This document shows, piece after piece, positions 51,074 through 61,198 of a stretch of 64,000 bases of DNA; position 1 is the first letter of the stretch, and the number at the start of each line of letters is the position of its first letter. Origin of the DNA: Candidatus Bathyarchaeota archaeon. Lineage in GTDB: Archaea; Thermoproteota; Bathyarchaeia; Bathyarchaeales; Bathycorpusculaceae. The notes beneath the pieces are model-generated. The model saw only the letters and a list, made by a program, of their open reading frames with translations, was not told where the DNA came from and searched no databases. Position numbers and translations under genes: made by a program. Where the stretch lies: NCBI GenBank assembly GCA_963780185.1, contig CAWABA010000009.1, positions 192,001 to 256,000 on the forward strand, read 5' to 3'.

Positions 51074-51529
51074 TTAGACGGCGTATTTCTTTTCTTTGTC
51101 TTTGACTTCCTTGTAGATTGCGGTTATCATTTGTTTGCCTGAGCATTTTTGGCATGGCGTGTCAAGTTCTTTGTAGACGAAGTCTCCGCGTTGGAATTCC
51201 CGCATTGATTTGGCGTCGCATCCTACGCTGCTGCATCCGATGGTTGTCATTACTTTGGGTATGTCAATTTTCATTTCTGCTACTTGCCTCCTTGACTGGA
51301 AAAGCGTGAAAGAAGACATTGAAAGGGCAATTACACCGATTACGGCAAGCGCTCCTGCAGCTGCGTAGTCGCCTGATTGGGTTGAGCCTGTGACGGTTGT
51401 TCCAGTGTAGTATAGGCTGGCTGCCAGTATGAGTGCTACTGCGGCGAGTGCGATTACGATTACGACTATCATGGTTATGTAGTTTGAGATTTTTTTGGTT
51501 GATGCTGATGTTTGGTCATTTTTCGCCAT
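51074..51529 (-). CDS. Membrane protein with C-terminal zinc ribbon
   Basis: 2 TM; C....C..REFQRGDFV...CQKC..MITAIY. Confidence 0.8.
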   Translation of the reverse strand: MAKNDQTSASTKKISNYITMIVVIVIALAAVALILAASLYYTGTTVTGSTQSGDYAAAGALAVIGVIALSMSSFTLFQSRRQVAEMKIDIPKVMTTIGCSSVGCDAKSMREFQRGDFVYKELDTPCQKCSGKQMITAIYKEVKDKEKKYAV

Positions 51530-51542
51530 TGTTTTATCCTCC

Positions 51543-52712
51543 TTATTGTCCTACTCCGATGGAGTTGCCTACACCGACGATAATGATTTTGTCGCCTTCC
51601 TTGGTTCTCTCGAGCACTACGCTTCGTATTCTTTCAATGGCTTTGTCAACGGCATCGTTGATTTCTTTGCGCATGGGTGAAACTGCGTCGCCTATGTCTT
51701 CCTTGATTATTATGGCGTAGTTGGGAATCTTGTATTTTGTAAGTTTCTCTTCAATCTTGTATTGGTCAACGCCTGGTCCGCCGATTGCTGCGCCGATTCC
51801 TTCTGCAACTTCGCCGACGTCTTCGCCTTCCAGCTTTAAGCCTGCATCAATCATTATTAGCGTGGCGATTTTGCCTTCGTTTTCTTCGATGGCTGCTTCA
51901 ACTGCGTCGCCTGGCTTGCCGACGTTGCCGCCTGGGCCTGTAGCTTTTATGATTATGGCTGTGCGTCCTGCAAATGGAACTGTTGCCATTACGCAGTCTT
52001 TTGGCAGTGGACGTGTTTCGTAGCCGTGCATGAGTTTAGCCGCTATTAGTGGGCCTGCTCCGTCGCCGATTGGTTGTCCATAGGCGAAGGCTTTGAGTGC
52101 GCTTGCGTATGCTTCGGCTTCTTTCATTACCATGGGCAGTATCATTTGGAGCTGCATTATTACGTAGAGGCTTAGGGTTTTTTTGCCTTGGATGTAGTAG
52201 TGTCTAACTACTTTGTAGATGAAGTTCAACGCCATCGCGGCTTCCAAAGTGTTTTCTAAATTGTTCACTTGGACTTCGTCGCTGGCTGGCGCCATGAGTT
52301 TAACTTCATCTTTCATCCGTTCGTCTCTGACATCAAGGATGTGGTCAAGTTTGTAAACAATCCCGGATGGATCCATGCCTTGGGGTCCAATCGTGAAGTA
52401 CTCGAGGAAGCGGTCGACACGAGCGGAAGGGTCAGCTGTTGGTTTGCCAATTTCTTTTATGGCTTCGATAGTGACTTTTCGGCCTTCCTCTTTGATGTAC
52501 TTGAGTTTATGAAGCGAGTTCTCTACTTCGCGAATCATAACGTACATCTGGATTCTTTGACCGTAGAAAATCAAAACTATGAAGAACACATATGAAAGTA
52601 GACTCAGATAGGTTAGCCATTCGTTTGACGAGCCGCCGAGTTGACTTGCATGTACTGGCAGAGCAACCGCCAATACCCGTGTGAATGCGTTAGCTATTGG
52701 AATAAGACTCAA
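51543..52712 (-). CDS. DUF1512 family archaeal protein
   Basis: PIGDGAGP, GPGGNVGKPG, IDAGLKLEGE, GAAIGGPG, GVGNSIGVGQ. Confidence 0.88.
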   Translation of the reverse strand: MSLIPIANAFTRVLAVALPVHASQLGGSSNEWLTYLSLLSYVFFIVLIFYGQRIQMYVMIREVENSLHKLKYIKEEGRKVTIEAIKEIGKPTADPSARVDRFLEYFTIGPQGMDPSGIVYKLDHILDVRDERMKDEVKLMAPASDEVQVNNLENTLEAAMALNFIYKVVRHYYIQGKKTLSLYVIMQLQMILPMVMKEAEAYASALKAFAYGQPIGDGAGPLIAAKLMHGYETRPLPKDCVMATVPFAGRTAIIIKATGPGGNVGKPGDAVEAAIEENEGKIATLIMIDAGLKLEGEDVGEVAEGIGAAIGGPGVDQYKIEEKLTKYKIPNYAIIIKEDIGDAVSPMRKEINDAVDKAIERIRSVVLERTKEGDKIIIVGVGNSIGVGQ

Positions 52713-52794
52713 TTATTACACCACTTCTCAAAAACAATTAAACCATAGTTATAAAGCTATGCCAAATCTACCCGCATAATGTTAGGGAGAAAAG

Positions 52795-52917
52795 TGGCTG
52801 CCAGCTTTCCCAGGTTCACGTGGCCGAAGACCACACTACAGCTGGAAACGGAACACGGTTTAACTTCTGAGTTCGAAATGGGATCAGGTGGAACCCGTGC
52901 CCTTTGACCGGCAAACC
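52795..52917 (-). rRNA. rrf: 5S ribosomal RNA, stand-alone
   Basis: CACCTGATCCCATTTCGAACTCAGAAGTTAA signature; complementary termini; BRE/TATA-like CGAAAGGTATATG upstream. Confidence 0.95.
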
Positions 52918-53019
52918 AACCATTACACCTGAACTTTCCTTCATATACCTTTCGCTTTTAATTCTAAAAGAATGGATATAACAGGGGTTTTCTCCATGAA
53001 TCCCCTCTTCTGCTAGCGT

Positions 53020-53934
53020 TTACCGAAGCAATGCGCCTAAATTGCGAGGCAACTCGTTGATGTAGTCCAGCAGGCTCAGGGACTTCATCTTTGCAACGGT
53101 GTCAGCAGGCAATTGTGCAGGTAACGTTCCAGCCAACATTAGTTTTGTTTCTTGCTCGGTAAATTCTACTGTCTCGCCGACCACGTTGAGGTAGGGCTTG
53201 TTTTCTGGGCAGGCAGCTTGGCATCGAATGCAGCCTACGATGCAGTTGTGCCATTCAGGTTTGATCCACGCTGGAAAAGGGATTTGGCCTTTCATCTCGT
53301 TGCGGAATGTGAGGCATCTTTCAGCATGAAGAAGAAAACGGTCAGCTGATATGGCGCCCGTCGGGCAGGCGGTTTGGCAAAGGTCGCAGTTTCTGCAGCG
53401 AGGCATTATTTTGGGTTCTTGCCAGTTGTCGCTTTCACAGGGCATGTCGGAGTAGACGGCGGTTAAACGCATGAAGCTGCCCATGCCTTGAGCGTAGGCT
53501 ATGTTGTTTTTCCCGTACATTACCAGCCCGGTTCGGTTGGCAAGGAGCTTGAGTGGAAGATTAGGTGTAGCAACCCTGTAGCCTTCCCTGCCGACGGCTT
53601 GAGCGACTAAACGTTCAACATGGAGGCGTTTCTCGTCGTAGGCAGTGTAGGTGGGAGGCAGGATAAAAACTCGTTTTTTGCCTTGCCAATTGAAAATTGC
53701 CTTGGTTATGGGTCTGGGCATAGCGACGACGATTATTGATTTTGCGTCTTTTAGTTCGTCTGGAGGGGCAAACTTGAACCTGTAAAGGTATGTCCGTGCA
53801 AATTCCAAGTCAAATTGACCTTGGTCCCGACGTGTTTCGATTTCCCTCTGCAGCTCGGGCAAATGGATTGTCGAAGCGATTCTGAACGTGAGGTTTTCCT
53901 CGGCAAGCCCGCGGAAGGCTTCGTCGGCATTCAT
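53020..53934 (-). CDS. QueG-like (epoxyqueuosine reductase family) 4Fe-4S protein
   Basis: AKSIIV, GL..YGKNN, GSF, CRNCDLCQTACPTGAI, RCLT, GCIRCQAACP. Confidence 0.82.
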   Translation of the reverse strand: MNADEAFRGLAEENLTFRIASTIHLPELQREIETRRDQGQFDLEFARTYLYRFKFAPPDELKDAKSIIVVAMPRPITKAIFNWQGKKRVFILPPTYTAYDEKRLHVERLVAQAVGREGYRVATPNLPLKLLANRTGLVMYGKNNIAYAQGMGSFMRLTAVYSDMPCESDNWQEPKIMPRCRNCDLCQTACPTGAISADRFLLHAERCLTFRNEMKGQIPFPAWIKPEWHNCIVGCIRCQAACPENKPYLNVVGETVEFTEQETKLMLAGTLPAQLPADTVAKMKSLSLLDYINELPRNLGALLR

Positions 53935-54040
53935 GCGTCAGTGTATGGCTTCTTAGGCTTATTTTATTTATGTTCAGCCGCCGCTGGGGCGTAAATTCTT
54001 AAAGCAACTTGCCGCCATTAAGGATGCTGAGGAAAAAAGG

Positions 54041-54643
54041 GTGTCTTCCAAAAACGTAAGAAACCAAAAGTTGGGCGCAGTTGCTGGAATTGTAACGCCT
54101 ATACTTGGCTTCACATGCATACTGTTAGCCATTGCGTCTTACCCCTCCTTCAGCTGGACAAACAACGCCCTAAGCGACTTAGGCGTAGGAAAAGGCTACA
54201 CTGGACCGTTTTTCAACTTCGGGCTCTATGCAAGCGGCTTTTTAGGACTGGTTTTTTCCGTATTTGGCTTGTTTAGTTATCTTGGGAAAAGCGTTGTTGG
54301 GAAAGTCGGAGCCGTAGCATTTGCGGCGGCTACGGTGGCGCTTATCGGAATCGGCGTCTTCAACGAAAGCTTTTCTGGAACGCACTTCGCCTTCTCCGTG
54401 TCATTTTTTGTTTTGGCGCCGATTGCATTGTTCATTATTGCTGTGGCGTTTGCGCTTGCAGAAGAGCTGTCTATAGCTGTTTTTACAGTTTCAATCGGCA
54501 TAATGGCCGCTTTGCCATGGATATTGTTGTTCGCCATCAACTACGTTCCCGGCGTAGCCATCCCCGAAACCATCTCTGCACTTGCCGTTTCAGTTTGGGT
54601 CATCACACTTAGCTACAGAATGGTAAAACAAGCCAAACAGTGA
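54041..54643 (+). CDS. DUF998 membrane protein
   Basis: FSWTNNALSDLG, FNFGL, IGVF.E..H, AIPE. Confidence 0.82.
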   Translation: MSSKNVRNQKLGAVAGIVTPILGFTCILLAIASYPSFSWTNNALSDLGVGKGYTGPFFNFGLYASGFLGLVFSVFGLFSYLGKSVVGKVGAVAFAAATVALIGIGVFNESFSGTHFAFSVSFFVLAPIALFIIAVAFALAEELSIAVFTVSIGIMAALPWILLFAINYVPGVAIPETISALAVSVWVITLSYRMVKQAKQ

Positions 54644-55645
54644 TTACTTCCGATTTTTGGCAGCGGCGTCCCAGTACATTTGAGCGCAGCAAAAAGAAGA
54701 AAACAAAGTCTTCCAGCCTTGGCTTTCAGCGTACCTGACGGCTTCTTCGCTTGGGAATGCAACCGCGTCTACCCCGGCTTTCAACGCTAAAACGTCGGTT
54801 TCGGCTCGTGCCTTGCCTTTGGGTCTCATGCAGCCCAGAATCAGCGGAGTCTTCGGAAACATTAAGCGGGCTGAAGCGGCGACTTTGGCTATGTCTTCGG
54901 GTTTAGGCGGCGCCGTTTTCTCCATGGCTGTGCCCCGTATAGGCATGAACGCAATTATTACCAAAGCCGAGGGTTCAACGGCAGAAATCATTTTGAGCGC
55001 TTCTAACTCCCCGTCTAATTTGCCTTCGTTTAAGCCGACGATGACGTGAGGCATAAAATTTAATCCCGACTTCGCCAGAGCCTTCAGCGAGTCAGCGTAA
55101 TCCTGCGGGGTCACGTTTAGGCTGAGGGTTTTCTTTATGGTTTGGGCGGAGCCGATAACGTCAATTAACGCTGCGTCAACCCCGGCTTTTTTGAGCGCCA
55201 CGGCTGTTTCAAGATTTATTATTCCTGTGTGAACAAAAACGGTTAAGCCAAGCTCCCGCTTAACCTTAGCAATGGCGTCAACGAAGCCGCCAATAGGCAC
55301 CGAGCCGTCGGGCAAGCATCCGCCGCTGACAAGACAGCCTACAGCCCCCTCCCGCTTAAGTTTCAAGCATAAATCGTAGAGTTCCCCGGGCTGAAGCGTG
55401 GGATTCATGGTTTCGAGAACTTTGCCGCCGCAATGTTTGCAGTTCAGGGCACAAGCTGTTCCCGTCACGGAAATCGTTGGGAAAGCCGTCGGGGAAGAGC
55501 GATAATATTTTGTTTTGTAGTAAGTGAAGCTTGGCGCGTAAAAACGGATTGTTTTGGGTTTCGGTGTGAAAACGCCTGATTCAAGCAGGTTTAGCAGTTC
55601 CTTTTGGTTTAGCCGCCAGATTTCTTCAGTTGAAAGGCGAGGCAT
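54644..55645 (-). CDS. lipS1: Radical SAM protein, archaeal lipoyl synthase subunit LipS1-like
   Basis: CALNCKHC radical-SAM motif plus GCMR and C-terminal CC motifs described for LipS1. Confidence 0.72.
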   Translation of the reverse strand: MPRLSTEEIWRLNQKELLNLLESGVFTPKPKTIRFYAPSFTYYKTKYYRSSPTAFPTISVTGTACALNCKHCGGKVLETMNPTLQPGELYDLCLKLKREGAVGCLVSGGCLPDGSVPIGGFVDAIAKVKRELGLTVFVHTGIINLETAVALKKAGVDAALIDVIGSAQTIKKTLSLNVTPQDYADSLKALAKSGLNFMPHVIVGLNEGKLDGELEALKMISAVEPSALVIIAFMPIRGTAMEKTAPPKPEDIAKVAASARLMFPKTPLILGCMRPKGKARAETDVLALKAGVDAVAFPSEEAVRYAESQGWKTLFSSFCCAQMYWDAAAKNRK

Positions 55646-55703
55646 ACTTTCCAGTCTAAGAACCTTCAGCCTCGCTTAATAGGGTAGCGTCCCGTTTTCG
55701 CCT

Positions 55704-56085
55704 TTAGTCAATGTTCCAGCGTTTCGCAATTTTCACGGTCAAGAAGACAATGAATGCAACTATTATGAAGGTAATGAATGCAACCAAGAAGTCGCCGATG
55801 CCGAATGACTGCTTCGTGACTGTTACTGCGTATGTTGACAAGTTCAGCTAGTCCGGGGATGGCTAAACCTATCAATGGCATAATGAAGTCTTTGACGACT
55901 GAAAGAACCAAAGCTCCCATATACAATGCAACGACGAAAGCAGCAGCCAACCCTAGGACCTTGTATTTCGACAGGAAATCTTTGAACTCATTCCATAGTC
56001 CCTTCGGAGGTGTAGACGGCGGGGCTTTTTCAACTGCTTCCCTGATTTTCTTTAACTCTGCAAGAATTTCATCATCTGTTGTCAA
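55704..56085 (-). CDS. mscL: MscL-family mechanosensitive channel, frameshifted near 55840
   Basis: EFKDFL..YKVLGLAAAFVV...DFIMP; TM2 FGIGDFLVAFITFIIVAFIVF lies in a shifted frame. Confidence 0.75.
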
Positions 56086-56252
56086 AACGAAAACTCCTAC
56101 ATGTGTTATCGTTTCGTTTTTATTTTAAGCCTTTCGGTTACTCGCCAACCCCAAATTTGAGGGCTTCGGCGACTGCCAATTTACCGCAATATAAATATAA
56201 GCGCCAAAGGTTCAGGAACTTGGACGTGTTTGAGAGCTTTTCAGGTTAAATC

Positions 56253-57374
56253 ATGAACCGAAATGACCTTGCTAAATTATTTGTAGATTCATTCAAAGGT
56301 TGGCTCGAGGACAACGCGCCTATACGGGCGGCTGCGTTAACCTTCTTCATTATTTTGCCTTTGCCTTCTCTCTTACTGGTCATAATAACGGTTTTCGCAC
56401 AGTTTTACGGACAAACCCAAGCAACTCAACAGCTGATTTCGCAAATAAACTCGCTTGCAGGACCCGCTGTCGCCGCATTGTTTAAGCAGCTGCTGGCAAG
56501 CGCAATGTCGCCTTTCACGTCTGTTTGGGCTGCGATTACAGTCGTAGGGTTCTCTTTAGTGGGTGCAGTCGGCGCTTTCGCAGTTTTAAGAGACACAATG
56601 AATGTCATCTGGAAAGTCAAGCTGCCTAAAACGAAGCAGCTTTCACTCAGAATCAGGGAAACCATCGGACCGTTTCTGCTGGTTTCTTCACTTGGACTAA
56701 TCGTTATTGTTGGAACGGTGACTTCAGCGGCTTTGTTTAGCGCCATAAAAATTTACTCCATAAACAAAACCTTAACCTTGGTTTCCCTTACCGCAGCCCA
56801 AATCTTGTTGTCGTTTAGTTTATCAACGCTGCTTTTTGCCATAATCTACAAGGTTCTTCCAGACAGAAAAATCCATTGGGAAGACGTCGCTTTGCCAGCG
56901 GTATTGGCAGGAATCGCCTTCACCGTGGTCAATTACGTCCTCGGCTGGTACGTTCAAACTTTCAAGGTTACAACAATCGCGGGCGCCGCGGGGTCGCTTA
57001 TGATTATTCTTCTTTGGATCTACATACTTAACCAGATTGGGCTCTTCGGCGCCGAAATCTCCAAAGTCTACGCCACAACCGTTGGCCCGCACCCAGAAAT
57101 CCACTTACCCGCGGAAGCGGAAAAAATCCTTAAGCCTTTTGAGAGAGTCGGCGAAGAAATTGAAGAGGCGGCAAAGGGTCCGATTGAAGAAGGCGCAGGA
57201 GAAAAAGCGGAAACTGCCCCTGTTGCGGAGCCGCGTAATCAGCCCTCTGTTGCGGCATCCGTGGAAGAAGAATCGCCTCCGACTGGTCCTGAAGATTCTG
57301 AGGCTGGCAGCGTTAAGGTAAGCGTCGTAATTAAGACTGGTCGCAAAAAAAGAAAAAACGAGGAACAAAGCTAA
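56253..57374 (+). CDS. YihY/virulence factor BrkB family membrane protein
   Basis: AAALTFF, MNVIW, IYKVLP, GAAGSL..LLWIY..FGAE. Confidence 0.9.
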   Translation: MNRNDLAKLFVDSFKGWLEDNAPIRAAALTFFIILPLPSLLLVIITVFAQFYGQTQATQQLISQINSLAGPAVAALFKQLLASAMSPFTSVWAAITVVGFSLVGAVGAFAVLRDTMNVIWKVKLPKTKQLSLRIRETIGPFLLVSSLGLIVIVGTVTSAALFSAIKIYSINKTLTLVSLTAAQILLSFSLSTLLFAIIYKVLPDRKIHWEDVALPAVLAGIAFTVVNYVLGWYVQTFKVTTIAGAAGSLMIILLWIYILNQIGLFGAEISKVYATTVGPHPEIHLPAEAEKILKPFERVGEEIEEAAKGPIEEGAGEKAETAPVAEPRNQPSVAASVEEESPPTGPEDSEAGSVKVSVVIKTGRKKRKNEEQS

Positions 57375-57447
57375 CTGCTGAATTTAGCGGTCAATTTGTA
57401 AATGATTTAAATACTTATTGCAAGAACTTTTTTTGGGGAGGCTTTAG

Positions 57448-58291
57448 ATGAGTATTGAACTTCCTGAAGCGAGGATTCTTGCCGATCAGATGAACAAAGA
57501 GTTGAAGGGCAAACGCATCAAAGACTATCTTCTTCAAGACTGCGAAAAACTGCAGAAAATTGGGTTCATAAACAAGGATAACAAATCCTTTGACCAACTT
57601 GTGAACAGAGAAGTAGAATCTGTCATTTCTAGAGGCAACGCCATACGCGTGAAGCTTGATGAAGGGATTAACATGATTCTGAGCCCTGAGTACGGCGGCG
57701 AGATTTTTTATCATTCAAATGAAGCGACGGTTTCGGGGAAGTTTCACTTAAAGATAGATTTCTCGGACAAAACCGCGTTGACGGTGAGATTCATCAACAT
57801 GGGCGGCATGCGAGTGTTGAAAGATGCCGAGTTGATGGATTCGTACGTGTTCAAGCGAGATTTCAATTCTGAGGTTCACTCACCTGATTGATGCGGATTT
57901 CACTTTCGAGCGGTTTTCGAAACTGCTCTCAGGCAACAATCGGGCGCTCAAATCTGTGCTCGTGGGCAAAGACGCTGTCTTAGTGGGGCTTAGCAACAGC
58001 GCTTTCCAAGACATACTGTACAGAGCGAAGTTGCACCCGAAAAGAAAGGCGTCAGAGCTAAATTTGAATGAACAGAAAGCTCTTTACGACTCAGTCGTGC
58101 TTGTGGTTCGAGAAAGGCTTCGGTTGAACGGGAAAAACCAGTTTTTGGATCTGTACCAACATCAAGGTCGATACGTCCCGGCTATGGGTCCGAACATGAG
58201 ACAAAAGAACTGCACCACATGTGATTCTCCCATATTGGAGCTGAGCCATGGCGGAGGCAAAGTATTCATCTGCCCAAAATGCCAAGTCTAA
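57448..58291 (+). CDS. Fpg/Nei DNA glycosylase family protein, split by a frameshift near 57890
   Basis: N-terminal ELPE, H2TH GLSN....DILYRAKLHP, C-terminal CTTC...CPKCQ zinc finger. Confidence 0.82.
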
Positions 58292-58304
58292 AAATTAGTG
58301 TTTG

Positions 58305-58382
58305 TGGTGGGCCTAGCCGGATTTGAACCGGCGACCTTTCGATTATCAGTCGAACGCTCCAGCCAAACTGAGCTATAGGCCC
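58305..58382 (-). tRNA. tRNA-Ile(GAT), CCA encoded
   Basis: GGGCCTA..TTCGA-CTGATAA-TCGAA..GGTTCAAATCC..TAGGCCCACCA cloverleaf. Confidence 0.97.
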
Positions 58383-58816
58383 GCGCCTGCGGTGAAACAA
58401 GTTTAATATTATGTTGCTTTATAAGAATTGCCGTAAAGGCTTTAATGCAACACCATTATTTGCGGTATCTAGCAAGATAGGGCTCACGCATAGCACCATA
58501 TTTGTTGCCGATAGTGATGCAACCTTAAAGCTTCCTGCAATACAAATGCAAAACGCGTCTTTTTTGATTTTTATTTGAACCATAACTGAAGGCTGTTTGC
58601 GTTTAGAGCATCTATGAACCAATGTAAAACTTGAAAGCGGAAAACGATTTGTTTTTGCCATCGTTCATCTTCAGGCAGAATCTAATTGAGTTTTCGTTCA
58701 GGCGCACGCTCGACAACGGCTCTTTTAATTCAAATTTTCAACATAGATATATCCTCATATACTGCCGAGCCGATAGGGTATTTGCTGTTGTTGGTTCAAA
58801 AGAACGAGTGATTTGG

Positions 58817-59045
58817 ATGGAAGAGTTGATGGACAGGATAATTATAGATCCTGAGATAATGGTTGGAAAGCCAGTCATCAAAGGGACACGTATCACAGTG
58901 AACCTTATTATTCAACTTCTTAGCGAACGGGGTTACGGAAACCCAGATATTAGAAGACTATCCCGACCTAAAGAAAGAGGACATAAAAGCCGCGCTGTCG
59001 TACGCGTCTAAATGCCTTGATCGCGAAGAAATCATTCCTGTATAA
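58817..59045 (+). CDS. DUF433 antitoxin (VapB45-like), frameshifted near 58920
   Basis: DPEIMVGKPVIKGTRITV; the remainder ANGVTETQILEDYPDLKKEDIKAAL is in a shifted frame. Confidence 0.8.
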
Positions 59046-59062
59046 ATGCAGAGGAACGTTCT

Positions 59063-59419
59063 TTGGCGCCGATTTTGATCGATCAAAACATGCCAAAACG
59101 CGTCAGGGATTGGCTAAAACAGAAAGGTTTCGTAACAGCTATTTTAGCTGATGTTAACCTCAGAGGTGCGGCAGATAAGAAGATAGCCGAATTCGCTGTG
59201 CAAAACGGCATGACAGTTCTAACCCAAGACGCGGATTTTGCCAAGCTATATCATGCTCTTTACCGGTGCAAACTTGCGGTCATTCTTGTCAGAACCAAAG
59301 AGGGAACCGCCCAAAGCATCATCCAAGCGCTTAGCGCCGCCATACCTAGAATTGACCTCAAAAACACTCAAAATACACTCGTAATAATCACAAAAAGAAG
59401 AATTCGAGTAATCTCTTAA
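59063..59419 (+). CDS. DUF5615 PIN-like toxin (VapC45-like)
   Basis: ILIDQNMP, GAADKKI, LTQDADF; directly follows DUF433. Confidence 0.88.
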   Translation: MAPILIDQNMPKRVRDWLKQKGFVTAILADVNLRGAADKKIAEFAVQNGMTVLTQDADFAKLYHALYRCKLAVILVRTKEGTAQSIIQALSAAIPRIDLKNTQNTLVIITKRRIRVIS

Positions 59420-59495
59420 TAGAACTTACCCTCTTGAGGCTGATTGCTATCAACGTGCTCCTGAGAGAATAGCTTAACCTGAAGCGGAAGTAGAT

Positions 59496-59786
59496 TTACC
59501 CGAATTTTTTGAGCACTTTCCGTCCTAAATCGGTTATTTCAACGGCGTAGAACTCGTAGGGCCCCATTCTTTTTGGAGTTTCAAGTATGTCGATGAGCTT
59601 GGCTTTTGAGAGGTGCCTCACTGCGTCGTTTAGGGCTTCAGGCATCAAACCTGTCTTTTTATGTACGAGGTCTACTTTCACCAACAGACCTGCCTCAAAT
59701 TGAGATAGTGCGACAAGAACCTGTTTGGATGACTGGTCAAGTATGTCGAAATCGTCTTGTTCAAAATCTTCAACCACACAAAACAC
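59496..59786 (-). CDS. Winged-helix hypothetical protein
   Basis: KTGL..EALNDAV..L..AKLI...ITDLGRKVL. Confidence 0.6.
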   Translation of the reverse strand: MFCVVEDFEQDDFDILDQSSKQVLVALSQFEAGLLVKVDLVHKKTGLMPEALNDAVRHLSKAKLIDILETPKRMGPYEFYAVEITDLGRKVLKKFG

Positions 59787-59980
59787 CTACCTCTAACCAT
59801 ATAGTCTTTACATAAAAACCGATTGAAAATTCAGCGGTCGAGTTTGTTCGCTCGCGCAACATCTAAACCTATTTCAAGGAGCTCCTAAAAACAAAAACTA
59901 ACTGAATATCGTTTGAACGTTTAGAACCATTTGGCGTTTTCAACGGGTTTATTGGTGTAGCATGAACGAATCTAGTTTAA

Positions 59981-60565
59981 CTATTGCTTCGAAGTGCTGT
60001 CACCAAAAGTAATAGTAAAGTTAAATGAGTTTTTAGTGCTAGTTGCCGCTTGAATGTTATGTATTCTTTGTTCTATAGTCGGATGGGTTTGAGGCATCAA
60101 TTTAGAAATCAAACTTGTTTTTTGTGGACGAAGCCTCGCCAGGGCAGATATCATGGCGGCTCCATTAACGAATTCGGCGGCACTAAGGTCAGATTCAGTT
60201 TCTTGTTTTCTAAACCATTTTGCGTTAACATAATACGAACCAAACAAAAAGAAAAAGAAAGACAGAACCACCGCCGTTGCGAGGAATAGAAATGAGGCAG
60301 ATTTAATAAAAAACAGGAAACCTGTCACAACAGCAAGCACTAAAGCGGGAAGAACCGTTCGAGGTAACCTCTTTGCAATATGCCTTTTTGCTATGTGATT
60401 AAATTCGTGGGCGCCAACAGCAAGAACCTCATCAGGCGAAAGCATTTGGTAATAATTAGAGTTAAAGACAAGTGCATCAGAGTAGGCTAAGCAAGGAATG
60501 GGAAGAATACTCGATTTGTAATAGCGGTGGAACTTATCTTTTTTGAGAATTGAAGTTGCTTTCAT
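59981..60565 (-). CDS. M48/HtpX-like zinc metalloprotease (5' end apparently disrupted)
   Basis: AVGAHEFNH (HExxH), E..SD, THPTIEQRI. Confidence 0.8.
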   Translation of the reverse strand: MKATSILKKDKFHRYYKSSILPIPCLAYSDALVFNSNYYQMLSPDEVLAVGAHEFNHIAKRHIAKRLPRTVLPALVLAVVTGFLFFIKSASFLFLATAVVLSFFFFLFGSYYVNAKWFRKQETESDLSAAEFVNGAAMISALARLRPQKTSLISKLMPQTHPTIEQRIHNIQAATSTKNSFNFTITFGDSTSKQ

Positions 60566-60858
60566 ACTCTCTGCCTAGTATGTCAAGTGCTTGCATTTCA
60601 AATGGTTGTGCTCTAAGCAGCCGCACCATAATTGAGCTTATTAATCCCATTTTCTATCATTCAAACGATTGATAGTTACTATTACAGGGGCTTGTCTTTT
60701 AAGAGCGTGTGTGTTGCAAAAAGCAACGAATTCGTAAAAAATGACAACGACGAAGTCTCATGGTACCGCAAGCCTAAGATGGAATAAAGAGATGCAAAGC
60801 CTAAATAAAACAGTAGCATCACCTTAAACACCGTGTGCTAGAGTTTTTTGGTGGAAAA

Positions 60859-60937
60859 GGGCTCGTAGCCTAGCACGGATTAAGGTGTCGGCCTTCGGAG
60901 CCGGAGATCGTGGGTTCAAATCCCACCGGGCCCGCCA
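60859..60937 (+). tRNA. tRNA-Arg(TCG), CCA encoded
   Basis: GGGCTCG..TCGGC-CTTCGGA-GCCGG..GTGGGTTCAAATCCCAC..CGGGCCCGCCA. Confidence 0.95.
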
Positions 60938-61072
60938 TAACAACTATTTCTTCAAGAACCGTAGTTTTTCCCCACAATTAGTGAATGGGTAAAATGGCAT
61001 GTATGACCTAAAAAAAAGAAAAAAGGGCTCAACAGAACAAATTGCTTAAAATTATGTTACTGTTTGGTTGGT

Positions 61073-61198
61073 TTATAGCCCGTCTACTAGGTGGGCTGTT
61101 CCGTCTGGGCAGTAGACGCAATTGCCTTTTTCAACTATGCAAAAGCGCCTAATGCATGCTTTCATTTGCGAACATCCGTCGCAGTCTCTTGACAACAA
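61073..61198 (-). CDS. Cys-rich 41-aa microprotein (not in ORF track)
   Basis: AGGAGG RBS then TTG; MLSRDCDGCSQMKACIRRFCIVEKGNCVYCPDGTAHLVDGL. Confidence 0.65.
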   Translation of the reverse strand: MLSRDCDGCSQMKACIRRFCIVEKGNCVYCPDGTAHLVDGL

